From Candidatus Poribacteria bacterium (GTDB lineage: Bacteria; Poribacteria; WGA-4E; PCPOR2b): DNA of 64,000 bases. This document shows, piece after piece, positions 30,918 through 40,940 of the stretch. A program made the position numbers and the translations under genes. The notes beneath the pieces are model-generated. The model was given only the letters and a program-made list of their open reading frames with translations. It made no database searches and was not told the origin of the DNA. Each line of letters opens with the position of its first letter. Within the stretch, counting starts at the first letter, position 1. The stretch lies in the NCBI GenBank assembly GCA_965116925.1, contig OZ220744.1:1856001-1920000 (forward strand). Reading direction: 5' to 3'.

Positions 30918-32549
30918 ATGAACATCATCTTTATCATGAACGATACCTTTCGTAGGGATCACGTAGGGTGTTATGGTAACACCTGGATTCAGACACCCAA
31001 TCTGGATGGATTTGCCCAGCATGCAGCGGTGTTTGAGCAATTCTACGCAGCTTCCTACCCGACGGTGCCCAACCGGTGGGACTTGGCGACCGGATGTTTC
31101 GGTTTTCCGTCTCGCGGGTGGCAGCCGCTAAGTCCTAGAGATGTAACTTGGGGGCAGCTCCTGTCTGCAAACGGTGTGCACACCCAAATGATCTGGGATA
31201 CCCCAATGCTCGCGATGCACGATTACAACTACACGCGCGGTTTTGGGGGGCTCAGTTTTGTGCATAGCCAGAAAGGCGATCCATGGATAACCACCCCTAC
31301 CCTCGACATTCAGCTAGGGGCACAACCCCATAAGATCCGCAATATCTCCGGCCTACAAAACTACCTCCGCAACCACGCCGCCCGCCAGTTTGATCGCGAA
31401 TTCTGCATTGGACGCGGGATGTCAGAGGCGATGGACTGGTTGGAAACCAACTACAACCAAGAGTCGTTTTTCCTCTATATTGATATGTGGGACCCCCATG
31501 AGCCGTTCGACTGCCCTTGGTACGACTACGCCCTGTACGCTGACCCCGATTATGACGGCGATCAGATGTTGTACCCAGAATACGGTCGTCCAACATATAT
31601 GTCCGAGGCGGAGGCGGCACATCTCCGTGCACTCTATGCCGGCAACGTTACACTGACGGATCGATGGGTGGGTGCATTTCTGGATCTGGCAGAACGGTTG
31701 GGACTCTTCAAAAATACCCTGATCATCTGGGCGTCCGATCACGGACATCTGTTCGGAGACCACGACCTGCAAGGCAAACCGGGAGCGGAGCTCGGCAAAC
31801 TCTACGAAATCACCGTCCGAATCCCCCTCCTGGTCCATCACCCTGAAGGGCTGGGAGCAGGCGAGCGGGTCCACGGTATTGTCCAACCCCCTGACATTTT
31901 ACCTTCAATCTTAGATTTCCTTGGAATCTCGGAGCCATCGCACATCCAAGGGGCATCCTTCCTACCTTTGATGACAGGAGACGCCGCAAAAATACACGAT
32001 TATGCCTTTTCAAGTCGATTCCCACCGAGTGCAGGGACAACCGGCTATACGCCGGTAGAGGGTGCCACCTTCGACGGTTGGGTCGGATCTGACCGAAACG
32101 TTGAACCTAGCACCATCACCGATGACGAGTGGGCTTACCTCTGTGCGCCGCAGGGGATGCCTTCCGAACTGTATAACCTGAGAACTGACCCCGACCAAAA
32201 ACATAACGTCGCTGATGCCCATCCCGATGTGGCTGAACGGATGCGCCGGGCTTGGATTGACTTTCTTGAGGATCACAGTGCCTCCGAAACGCGCATTCGC
32301 CCCTTCCAAGATGCAAACGTCGAAGTGCACACGCCGACAAGCGGAACGGTGTACGCCTTCCGAGATGATCAAGGACAATGGATCGCTTACCCCACTGAAG
32401 GACAAGCACGACGCGCTGCATATCACGACGATGCACCGGGACCGAAGCGGGAGATCCAAAAGATAACCTTCGGCGACCTACTAGCCGATAATCCGAAAAA
32501 CCTGATTCACCTATACGGGCAGTATTACTGGGCACAAGATCTGGCTTAA
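30918..32549 (+). CDS. Sulfatase/alkaline-phosphatase superfamily hydrolase with a Thr nucleophile motif
   Basis: NIIFIMNDTFRRD, TPNLD, YPTVPNR (T in place of C/S), WDPHEPF, SDHG, ELYNLRTDP. Confidence 0.85.
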   Translation: MNIIFIMNDTFRRDHVGCYGNTWIQTPNLDGFAQHAAVFEQFYAASYPTVPNRWDLATGCFGFPSRGWQPLSPRDVTWGQLLSANGVHTQMIWDTPMLAMHDYNYTRGFGGLSFVHSQKGDPWITTPTLDIQLGAQPHKIRNISGLQNYLRNHAARQFDREFCIGRGMSEAMDWLETNYNQESFFLYIDMWDPHEPFDCPWYDYALYADPDYDGDQMLYPEYGRPTYMSEAEAAHLRALYAGNVTLTDRWVGAFLDLAERLGLFKNTLIIWASDHGHLFGDHDLQGKPGAELGKLYEITVRIPLLVHHPEGLGAGERVHGIVQPPDILPSILDFLGISEPSHIQGASFLPLMTGDAAKIHDYAFSSRFPPSAGTTGYTPVEGATFDGWVGSDRNVEPSTITDDEWAYLCAPQGMPSELYNLRTDPDQKHNVADAHPDVAERMRRAWIDFLEDHSASETRIRPFQDANVEVHTPTSGTVYAFRDDQGQWIAYPTEGQARRAAYHDDAPGPKREIQKITFGDLLADNPKNLIHLYGQYYWAQDLA

Positions 32550-32588
32550 TAACCTTTCACATCGTTGCAAATGGAGATTTTCCAAACC

Positions 32589-33425
32589 ATGGCAGGAACA
32601 CAAACTTTAGAAAACACATCAATCGAGATTATCCACGAGATTGAGCGGGCAAATATTCAGCACGCGCTGTTTGATTTCGACGGAACGATCTCCCTCGTTC
32701 GCGACGGGTGGCAGACTGTCATGGTGCCCATGATGGTAGACATCCTGCTTGAGGAGACGCAGACCGATGAAACGCCGGAAGAGTTAGAACAGGTCGTTGT
32801 TGAATTTGTGGATAACCTGACCGGCAAGCAGACTATTTATCAAATGATGCAACTGTGCGAAGAGGTTGAAAAACGAGGCGGGGTCCCCAAGCAACCGTTG
32901 GAATACAAAGATCTATATAACAGTCTGCTCCTACCAACCGTGGATAAACGCATCGCCAAGCTGGCAAACGGAGAGATTGAAGCCGCGGATCTGCGCGTAC
33001 CGATGTCCCTTGAGTTCCTACAGTCCTTGCAGAAACGTGGTATTAAACGTTACCTCGCTAGTGGGACCGATGTTGAATTTGTTCGCCATGAAGCAGGATT
33101 ACTAGGTGCGGCCTCCTACTTTGATGGGGGGATCTTCGGGGCATTGCGGGAGTATCAAAACTTCTCGAAGGCGATGGTGATTCAGCAGATCTTCGATGAC
33201 TTCAATCTAACTGGAAGCGAGCTGCTAGTGGTCGGAGACGGTTCGGTGGAGATTGAAAACGCGAAAACTGTCGGCGCAATCGCCGTGGGTGTCACCTCTG
33301 CGGAGAACAACCGTTACCAAATGAACGCGGACAAACGGGGCAGGCTACTTCACGCCGGTGCAGATATTCTGATCCCCGACTTTCAGGACGGGGATCAACT
33401 CTTAGCCTATCTTTTTGATCGTTAA
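32589..33425 (+). CDS. HAD family hydrolase
   Basis: LFDFDGT motif I, LASGT, K, VVGDGSVEI. Confidence 0.85.
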   Translation: MAGTQTLENTSIEIIHEIERANIQHALFDFDGTISLVRDGWQTVMVPMMVDILLEETQTDETPEELEQVVVEFVDNLTGKQTIYQMMQLCEEVEKRGGVPKQPLEYKDLYNSLLLPTVDKRIAKLANGEIEAADLRVPMSLEFLQSLQKRGIKRYLASGTDVEFVRHEAGLLGAASYFDGGIFGALREYQNFSKAMVIQQIFDDFNLTGSELLVVGDGSVEIENAKTVGAIAVGVTSAENNRYQMNADKRGRLLHAGADILIPDFQDGDQLLAYLFDR

Positions 33426-33827
33426 CCTGCAATACGCCCAATGCCTTAGCTTTAGGTATTCAACTGCGTAAGTCCCCCTGATAAGGGGGATTTAGGGGGG
33501 TGGCTGTGTATTGAGAGTGTCTCATTAATTCTAACATCTACTCTAATCTCAACCATTTTTTTAGGGCGTAATGCCATATTATGGCATTACGCCTTAAATT
33601 TGGTTAGCATTTTGAGGGCATTGGTTGATATATTTTATGAGTGAAGAGGTGTGCATAATTCTTCTCGGAGAACATGCCAGTGATTTTGCTTGAGTGATAC
33701 CTCCTTGTGGAATACGGCGTTGCGTACCTTGCTTAAACAGTTGTATAATTTTAGTGGGGAAAAGGTTGCGGACACCAACTGACCTCAATCAGGGAGACCG
33801 ATTTAGGACACAGAGGAGGAAAGACAG

Positions 33828-35016
33828 ATGCAACGGAGATACAATCTCACACATTTCATTTTAGCTGGCGTTGTCGTATTAGTGCTGACACTACTGATGG
33901 TACGCGTTGACGCACAGGCACGGATTGCCTTCATGTCTGATAGGGATGGGAACTGGGAAATCTATGTGATGGACAACGATGGGGGCAATCAGCGAAATCT
34001 CACTAATAATCCTAGTGATGATAGGGACCCCTCATGGTCCCCTGACGGCAAACAGATTGCCTTTACTTCTAGTACACTGTCAGGCAAATTATGATTGTCT
34101 ATATGGATCGAGACTCATAATACTTCGTAGGGGTCACCCGACCCCCGCACTGGCAAATAAGGGCGGGGAGACCCCGCCCCTACAATTTATTTTCGTGCTT
34201 TGCACTTTCTACATGAGCCCTGATTGAAAGCAAACGATAACATATATAATAATTCCAAAACTTATATGACTGAGTACTAGTAGGATGGACATTAAGGTTG
34301 AGAACCGTCAAGTCTACGTGATGGACAACGATGGTGGGAATCAACGAAGGCTCTCTAACAATGACTTCTCTGAGTTGCATCCCGCATGGTCGCCCGATGG
34401 TAAACGTATTGCCTTTGCTTCTGGTGGAGATATTGACATTACGCTTGGGAACCGTCAAATCTACCTGATAGACGCCGATGGACAGAATACGCGAAACCTC
34501 TCTAACAATTTCTTTAATGACGAAAATCCCTCATGGTCTCCGGACGGTAAAAGCATTGCCTTTGATACCTTGAGGGGTGGGAACATGGAAATCTACGTGA
34601 TGGACGACGACGGGGGCAATCAGCGAAACCTCACCAAAAATCCCCGTCATGACGAAAATCCCTCATGGTCCCCTGATGGTAAACGTATTGCCTTTGTTTA
34701 CCTTAGGGGTGGGAACAGAAACATCTACGTAATGGATAACGACGGGGGCAATCAACGAAAAGTCACCAAAAATCCCTTTAAGGATTGGGACCCCGCATGG
34801 TCTCCGGACGGTAAACGGATCGCCTTCGTGTCTAATAGGGAGGATGATGGGAACAGGGAAATCTTCGTGATAAACGCCGATGGGAGTAATCCTCGAAACC
34901 TCACCAATCATCCCGATGATGACGTTGCCCCTGCATGGTATAGTCCTGCTTTTACAGTTGCTCCCGCAGGCAAAAAGTTTAGAATGTGGGGACGGCTCAA
35001 GCAGGTCGACCGATAA
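33828..35016 (+). pseudogene. PD40/TolB-like repeat protein interrupted by a MITE
   Basis: Removing 208 bp between the CTAG copies (34069 / 34277) restores the frame ...IAFTSSRMDIKVENRQVYVMD... Confidence 0.85.
34073..34276. mobile_element. MITE with CTAG target duplication
   Basis: Imperfect TIRs TACACTGTCAGGCAAATT / TACTCAGTCATATAAGTT (reverse complement); internal GTAG-type hairpins. Confidence 0.8.
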
Positions 35017-35208
35017 CGCCATTATTGAGAGAATCGTGCTTGTTGAAATGCGGGAGCGTACCGGCGTGGGTCAGAAACCCCAAGGAAGGCGCGAAGACTT
35101 TATGCGATAATAATACGAGTGACCTCTTTAATTGGAAATGGGTTGTCAACACCAGATAACCTCTATCAACCCCAAAGAAAAAAATTGAAAACAGAGGAGG
35201 AATAGCAG

Positions 35209-36171
35209 ATGCAACGGAGATACAATCTGACACATTTTCTTTTGGCTAGCGTTGTCGTCTTGGGCCTAACGCCGCTGATGCTATGCGTTGAGGCACAGGC
35301 GCAGATTGCCTTCGTATCTGAGAGGGATGGAAACCCTGAAATCTACGTGATGGACAGCAATGGGAAGAATCAGCATAGACTTACCAATAATCCGCATGAT
35401 GACTGGGATCCCTCCTGGTCCCCCGACGGCAAACAGATTACCTTCATGTCTGATAGGGATGGGAACAGTGAAATCTACGTGATGGACAACGATGGAGGCA
35501 ATCCTCAAAACCTCACTAACAATGTTGGTGATGACAGGTCTCCCTCCTGGTCCCCCGACGGCAAACAGATTACCTTCATGTCTGATAGGGATGGGAACAG
35601 TGAAATCTACGTGATAGACAACGATGGGAGGAACCCACAAAGACTTACTGAAAATCCCAATGAGGACGATTTTCCCTCATGGGCCCCCGATGGTAAACAG
35701 ATTGTCTTCTCGTCTGCGAGGGCGGGGCACTTTGATTATGAAATCTACGTGATGGACGCCGATGGGAGGAATCCACAAAGACTTACTGAAAATCTAAAGA
35801 CTGACTGGGATCCCTCATGGTCACCGGACGGTAAACAGATTGCCTTCACGTCTGATAGGAAGGCTGCCTTTGAAAACTTTGAAATCTACGTGATGGACAC
35901 CGATGGGGCGAATCCACAGAGACTCACTGAAAATCGCGTTGATGACTGGGATCCCTCATGGTCACCGGACGGTGAACGGATTGCCTTCATGTCGGAGAGG
36001 GATGGGAACCCTGAAATCTACGTGATGGACAACGATGGGGGCAATCAGCAGAACCTTACCAATAATCCGCATGATGACTGGTCTCCCTCATGGTTTAACT
36101 CTCCTTTTTCGGTTTCTCCCGCAGGGAAAAAAATCATGATATGGGGTTGGCTCAAACGGGTTGACCGATAA
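35209..36171 (+). CDS. PD40/TolB-like beta-propeller secreted protein
   Basis: Signal peptide (AQA), repeated [23 protein letters not shown]-terminal [19 protein letters not shown]. Confidence 0.88.
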   Translation: MQRRYNLTHFLLASVVVLGLTPLMLCVEAQAQIAFVSERDGNPEIYVMDSNGKNQHRLTNNPHDDWDPSWSPDGKQITFMSDRDGNSEIYVMDNDGGNPQNLTNNVGDDRSPSWSPDGKQITFMSDRDGNSEIYVIDNDGRNPQRLTENPNEDDFPSWAPDGKQIVFSSARAGHFDYEIYVMDADGRNPQRLTENLKTDWDPSWSPDGKQIAFTSDRKAAFENFEIYVMDTDGANPQRLTENRVDDWDPSWSPDGERIAFMSERDGNPEIYVMDNDGGNQQNLTNNPHDDWSPSWFNSPFSVSPAGKKIMIWGWLKRVDR

Positions 36172-36233
36172 CTACCATTATTGAAAGAACGCAAGGATAA
36201 GAAATTGCTTTGAGAACAGAGGAGGAATAACAA

Positions 36234-37205
36234 ATGCAACGGAGATACAATCTCGCCCATTTGATATTAGCTAGTGTTATAGTCTTGGGCCTAACACCGT
36301 TAATGGTAACCGTTGATGCACAAGCACGGATTGCCTTTGAATCTGATAGGGATGGGCACATTAAAAACAACTCTTGGGCTTATGAAATCTACGTGATGGA
36401 CAACGATGGGGGCAATCAGCGAAATCTCACTAATAATCCTGCTGACGACAGGTCCCCTTCATGGTCTCCGGACGGCAAACGGATTGCCTTCATGTCGGAG
36501 AGGGATGGGAACCCTGAAATCTACGTGATGGACAACGATGGCGGGAATCAGCGAAACCTCACCAAGCATCTAGATAACGACAAGTCTCCCTCATGGTCCC
36601 CTGACGGCAAACGGATTGCCTTCGGGCGGCACGGGGCAATCTACGTGATGGATACCGATGGGGGTAGTCAACAAAGGCTCACTAAGGATCGCATGAATGG
36701 CGAGGATCCCTCATGGTCTCCCGACAGCAAACACATTGTCTTCGTGTCTAATAGGGCGGGGAACAAAGACATCTTCGTGATAGACGCTGATGGAAGGAAT
36801 CAGCGAAACCTCACCAATGATGACCGTTTTGATGAGGATCCCTCATGGTCTCCTGACGGTAAGCGCATTGCTTTTTCTTCTTGGAGGAATGGGATAGGTG
36901 AAAACAAAGACATCTTCGTGATGGACGCCGATGGTGCCAATCCGCAAAACCTCACCAATCATCCCGATAACGACTGGCATCCCGTATGGTCACCGGACGG
37001 CAAACGGATTGCCTTCGTGTCGAATAGAACTAAGGATTTGAATCGGGACATCTTCGTGATGGACACCGATGGGGGTAATCCGCGAAACCTCACCAATCAT
37101 CCCAATGATGACGAAGATCCTGCATGGTATCACCCTGTGCTTTCAGTTGCTCCTGCGGGTAAGACCCTCACGATATGGGGGCAGCTCAAGCAGGTGAACC
37201 GATAA
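36234..37205 (+). CDS. PD40/TolB-like beta-propeller secreted protein
   Basis: As above; C-terminal VAPAGKTLTIWGQLKQVNR. Confidence 0.88.
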   Translation: MQRRYNLAHLILASVIVLGLTPLMVTVDAQARIAFESDRDGHIKNNSWAYEIYVMDNDGGNQRNLTNNPADDRSPSWSPDGKRIAFMSERDGNPEIYVMDNDGGNQRNLTKHLDNDKSPSWSPDGKRIAFGRHGAIYVMDTDGGSQQRLTKDRMNGEDPSWSPDSKHIVFVSNRAGNKDIFVIDADGRNQRNLTNDDRFDEDPSWSPDGKRIAFSSWRNGIGENKDIFVMDADGANPQNLTNHPDNDWHPVWSPDGKRIAFVSNRTKDLNRDIFVMDTDGGNPRNLTNHPNDDEDPAWYHPVLSVAPAGKTLTIWGQLKQVNR

Positions 37206-37271
37206 CTCCATTATTGACAGAACGGTGTTTAAGGATAAAAGCCCGATTTGAGAACAAAGGAGGAATGGCAG

Positions 37272-37718
37272 ATGCAACGAAGATATAGTCTCGCCCGTTT
37301 GACTTTAGCTAGCATTTTAGTCTTGGGTCTGACACCGTTGATGGCAGTCGTTGATGCACAGGCACAGATTGCCTTCATGTCTGATAGGGATGGGAACCCT
37401 GAAATCTTTGTGATGGACAGCAATGGGAAGAATCAGCATAGACTCATCAATAATCCCAATGGTGACTGGTCTCCCTCATGGTCATCTGCCGGCAAGCGCA
37501 TTGCTTTTATCTCTGATAGGGATAGGCACCCTGACGTTATACCCGGTTGGTTTACTTCTGAAATCTACCTGATGGACGCCGATGGGGGGAATCCTCAGAA
37601 CCTCACCAATAATCCTCATGATGAATGTTGTCCCTCATGGTTTAACTCTCCTTTTTCGGTTTCTCCTGTAGGCAAAAAATTCACGATATGAGGACAGCTC
37701 AAACAGCTCAATCGATAA
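37272..37718 (+). pseudogene. Degenerate PD40 paralog
   Basis: Only about two repeats remain. TGG to TGA at 37689 destroys the conserved Trp; the frame continues GQLKQLNR* to 37718. Confidence 0.75.
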
Positions 37719-38075
37719 CTGCCATTATTGGGAAAGCAGCATTGTCGAGATATGAATCTCGACCTACACGAGTAGGAAATAGATGATCATCCCTAGTGGT
37801 TCAGAACAAATGGAATGAAGGTCTCTGTTCCCTAGGAACGACTCGGTTCCAAGTCCAGCGGGGGTTTTCAATGTCAACATGTCTAGCAACTTAGGCTATT
37901 TTAACTCCCTATAGGACTTACGCAGTTGCGCTCTCAAAGTTCTGTAGTTTGGCGATTCATCGTCACACAAGATAACTCTCAACGCCCGATGAATCGGGCA
38001 ACTACAGTAGGCACCGGTTCTGTTTCGTAGGGAACGCGGATCTGCGTTCCCTATTGAAGTGCGTAACTCCCATCC

Positions 38076-39986
38076 CTATTGAGCCCGTCGTGGTATCCTA
38101 TAAATCCAAACATAGTCGATGCCGTTAAGGGTTATCACATGTTCTAGCTCACCGTTGAGCGTTCCCGTTTGCGGCACCCATCCCGCTTGGGATTCGCGGA
38201 TATGGACCACCTCATAATCTGGGACGATTTCTTCATCTGGGTTGGGCCAGTGCACCTGCCCGGCAAAGTAGGGAAGAAAGAGGTGGGCACTTGGCGGAAA
38301 GGTTTTAACACTTAATGCTTGTGCATTTGGTTTCTTATTTAGGTATTTTGCCGCGAGATCGTATCCCACGCCCCCGCCTTCACCGACTGTAATAATTTTT
38401 CTGATATCAGTGAGTTTGAAGCAGAGGTTGTAGTAGGTGCCGTAGTAGGGGTGAAGCCGGAGGATCGGCACGATTTGGATTAGGAAGAGACAGAGGACGG
38501 TCACGATAGAAAAGGTAAGTTTTTGGGCATTTGCTCCGGTTCCAAACCGGGAGTCGATATAGGAGTAGCCCCATTTAAGAAACTCAAAAAAGCCGATAGC
38601 GGCAAGTATCTCCAGCATTGGGAAAGCGGGGAGCAGATACCGACTAAACTTCTTGCTCGTTAGCGAGAGACAGAGGGTAAACAGTAGGACAACTACTACC
38701 AACGCAAGAGCTATCCGAAACTGTCGCGCATACCCTTCCTCATGGCGTTTCCTCCACAGAAAGAGACACCCGGCGAATGCTAAAGGAAGCGTCAACGGCG
38801 TGGTATTTATACAGAGTACCAACGGGTAGAAGAGCCAGCCGGGGTCATGTAACACCTGTCCTAAGAAAAAGTGTTGAAGGTTATGCGGCGTAGTAATCGC
38901 CCACGCAACACCATCGAACACCCACCAAACGGTCCGGACCATATAGCCGGATACCACACCTATCACCACGACCGATGAAAAATATAGGGTGAGGCGTTGA
39001 CGCACCCCTTTCTGTAACTCCCGATACGTGAGCAGCGTGATGCCTAACAGACACACCCCAAACACCAAAAAGACGGGGTTCCAAAAGATGGGCAACAACG
39101 CGAAAACGGTGAGTAACGTGCAACTCAGGAAACAGAGCCCCGCCCCAAGCCCCCGTAAAAAGAACTGCCGCCACGTCTCCTCCCGATTCCGAAACAGGGC
39201 GAAGCAGATAGGCACCCACAAGAGAAGAATAAGGGCATTGCTTTTGGAAAGGCAGGCTAGACCGAATGCAATTCCAGAACCGACAAGGTAACGACGTTTT
39301 TGAGGTGTTTGACAATAGAGCAGGAAGGACAGGACCGTTAACAGGATAAACATCGCCGCCAACGCATCGGTGTGGACGCGACGGGATTGGGCTAATAAGA
39401 GTGGGGAGAAGGATAGAAACACCGCACCGATGATTGCAACCCAACGTCCAAACAACCGATATAGCAGCACCGCTGCTACACCAATCCCGATTAACAAGGC
39501 GACGCCGATGAACCACCGGGCTAACGCTAAGCCTTGAATACTTATATGGGGTTCAGTAAATAGGGTGCGCAGGGCAGCAAGCCACATCGTTATGACACCG
39601 GGGTGGAAGGTGACGAGGGTTTCTGAAAAGGCACCCATATCGACCGCGGCCATAAACACTGTACTATGGTCCAACCACCCACGTTCATCAGAAGTCCAGT
39701 GGGCACCCAAAGAGAACAGCCGAGGTACACTCGCAGCCACAAATAAGCATACACCAAACAAGAGTGAAGAAGAAGTTTTCAGGGAGAACGGTTTCATTGG
39801 GAGGTGGATTGTGCACCGGCAGGAGTTGGATTGGGCGGTTCTCTCAAGAATCTGCTGTACCTGATTTGCCAATATCCGTTTCCTGCCTTCTTTATATTCG
39901 TGATTGGCATACATTTCCCGAAAGGCTATTAGCCCGAGAACGTCACCAATCGTTTGGGAGATGTAATTCGTTCGCCTTTTGTTCAT
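38076..39986 (-). CDS. GT-C fold glycosyltransferase (GT39/ArnT/PMT-like)
   Basis: WTSDE acidic motif, HPG, many TM segments, LACLSK, RYLLP. The start may be 39797. Confidence 0.8.
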   Translation of the reverse strand: MNKRRTNYISQTIGDVLGLIAFREMYANHEYKEGRKRILANQVQQILERTAQSNSCRCTIHLPMKPFSLKTSSSLLFGVCLFVAASVPRLFSLGAHWTSDERGWLDHSTVFMAAVDMGAFSETLVTFHPGVITMWLAALRTLFTEPHISIQGLALARWFIGVALLIGIGVAAVLLYRLFGRWVAIIGAVFLSFSPLLLAQSRRVHTDALAAMFILLTVLSFLLYCQTPQKRRYLVGSGIAFGLACLSKSNALILLLWVPICFALFRNREETWRQFFLRGLGAGLCFLSCTLLTVFALLPIFWNPVFLVFGVCLLGITLLTYRELQKGVRQRLTLYFSSVVVIGVVSGYMVRTVWWVFDGVAWAITTPHNLQHFFLGQVLHDPGWLFYPLVLCINTTPLTLPLAFAGCLFLWRKRHEEGYARQFRIALALVVVVLLFTLCLSLTSKKFSRYLLPAFPMLEILAAIGFFEFLKWGYSYIDSRFGTGANAQKLTFSIVTVLCLFLIQIVPILRLHPYYGTYYNLCFKLTDIRKIITVGEGGGVGYDLAAKYLNKKPNAQALSVKTFPPSAHLFLPYFAGQVHWPNPDEEIVPDYEVVHIRESQAGWVPQTGTLNGELEHVITLNGIDYVWIYRIPRRAQ

Positions 39987-40170
39987 TTGCTGCTCTGCTT
40001 CGGAGCAGTGAGAGGCAACGCAATTACTGCCTAACAGGGCGGAATGCTCATCTAGGATAATTTGTAGATAGGTTGGTGCCTATTCTGCTTAGGACCCAAC
40101 TATCGCAGCAAGTAGGTTGTTATGCTAAAAGCCCCTGAAGAGACCTTTAGCATAACGAAGCTGCCTAATT

Positions 40171-40398
40171 TTACTGACTCGTGCAGCACCAGCCAGCCCT
40201 TCGGGCATGGAGCATCGTTTGCGTTCGGTGCCCTTTCGTACATGTGAAGTGCGGGTGGCCATCGGCAGGCAGGTTACCGTTAATGTCCTGACCTGGGTCT
40301 GCCTCTGCATCATAGGTAAAACATGTAATCATTGACACAGCTAACAGACTGAGTGCGAAAATGAAAACCATTCCGAGGATCACTGCTTTCCGTAACAT
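40171..40398 (-). CDS. Small secreted Cys/His-rich peptide
   Basis: RBS GAAAGGAG; signal peptide ending AEA; mature DPGQ...HPHFTCTKGH...HARRAGWCCTSQ; hairpin downstream at 40119-40156. Confidence 0.65.
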   Translation of the reverse strand: MLRKAVILGMVFIFALSLLAVSMITCFTYDAEADPGQDINGNLPADGHPHFTCTKGHRTQTMLHARRAGWCCTSQ

Positions 40399-40940
40399 TG
40401 TGTTTAACTCCTTTCGGATTTGCAGAAGCAAGCCACTCCTGCTGTTAGGGATAGAATTTTCTAAATCTTCCAATTTCGGGACAGGCATGAACAAGTTTTA
40501 CAGTTCACAACTTCATCTGTCCCGTTGCGATTATAAAATACCAGCTAATAAATAGAAAATCCAGTCACCTTTTGGGCGTAGTGCCATATTATGTCAGTAC
40601 GCCTTGAAATTAATTGCAGATTGAATAGAAATAGCTTGTCAACCTTGAATTGATAGGTCTAAATCCAGATTTTTAATCAAGATTAAACGGGGGTATGACT
40701 TACGCAGTTGAGTAATCAGCACCTAAGGCCCCCCTCTATCGTTGGGGCAGATTTCCTAATCTGCCCACAGGTTGGGAAACCTGTGTCTACGAGGGCAGCT
40801 GTGAAAGGATTATATTGCTTTGAATCCCGCCTGTCCCGATTTATCGGAGATTTATCGGGGCAGGCGGAAATAGGGATAACGATTTGCACAACCAAAGTGC
40901 GTAAATCCTAACTTGGATAGCGGTTCAACGGTGAGGATTA

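Noticed and set aside
37689..37691. TGA in the fourth PD40 gene as selenocysteine or genetic-code reassignment
   Set aside because: It aligns with Trp (TGG) in the paralogs, the gene is otherwise degenerate, and TGA is a normal stop in many other genes here.
33828..37718. True tolB / Tol-Pal locus, or a DGR target array
   Set aside because: No TolB N-domain, no pal/tolQRA neighbours, no reverse transcriptase, and no adenine-specific variation noted.
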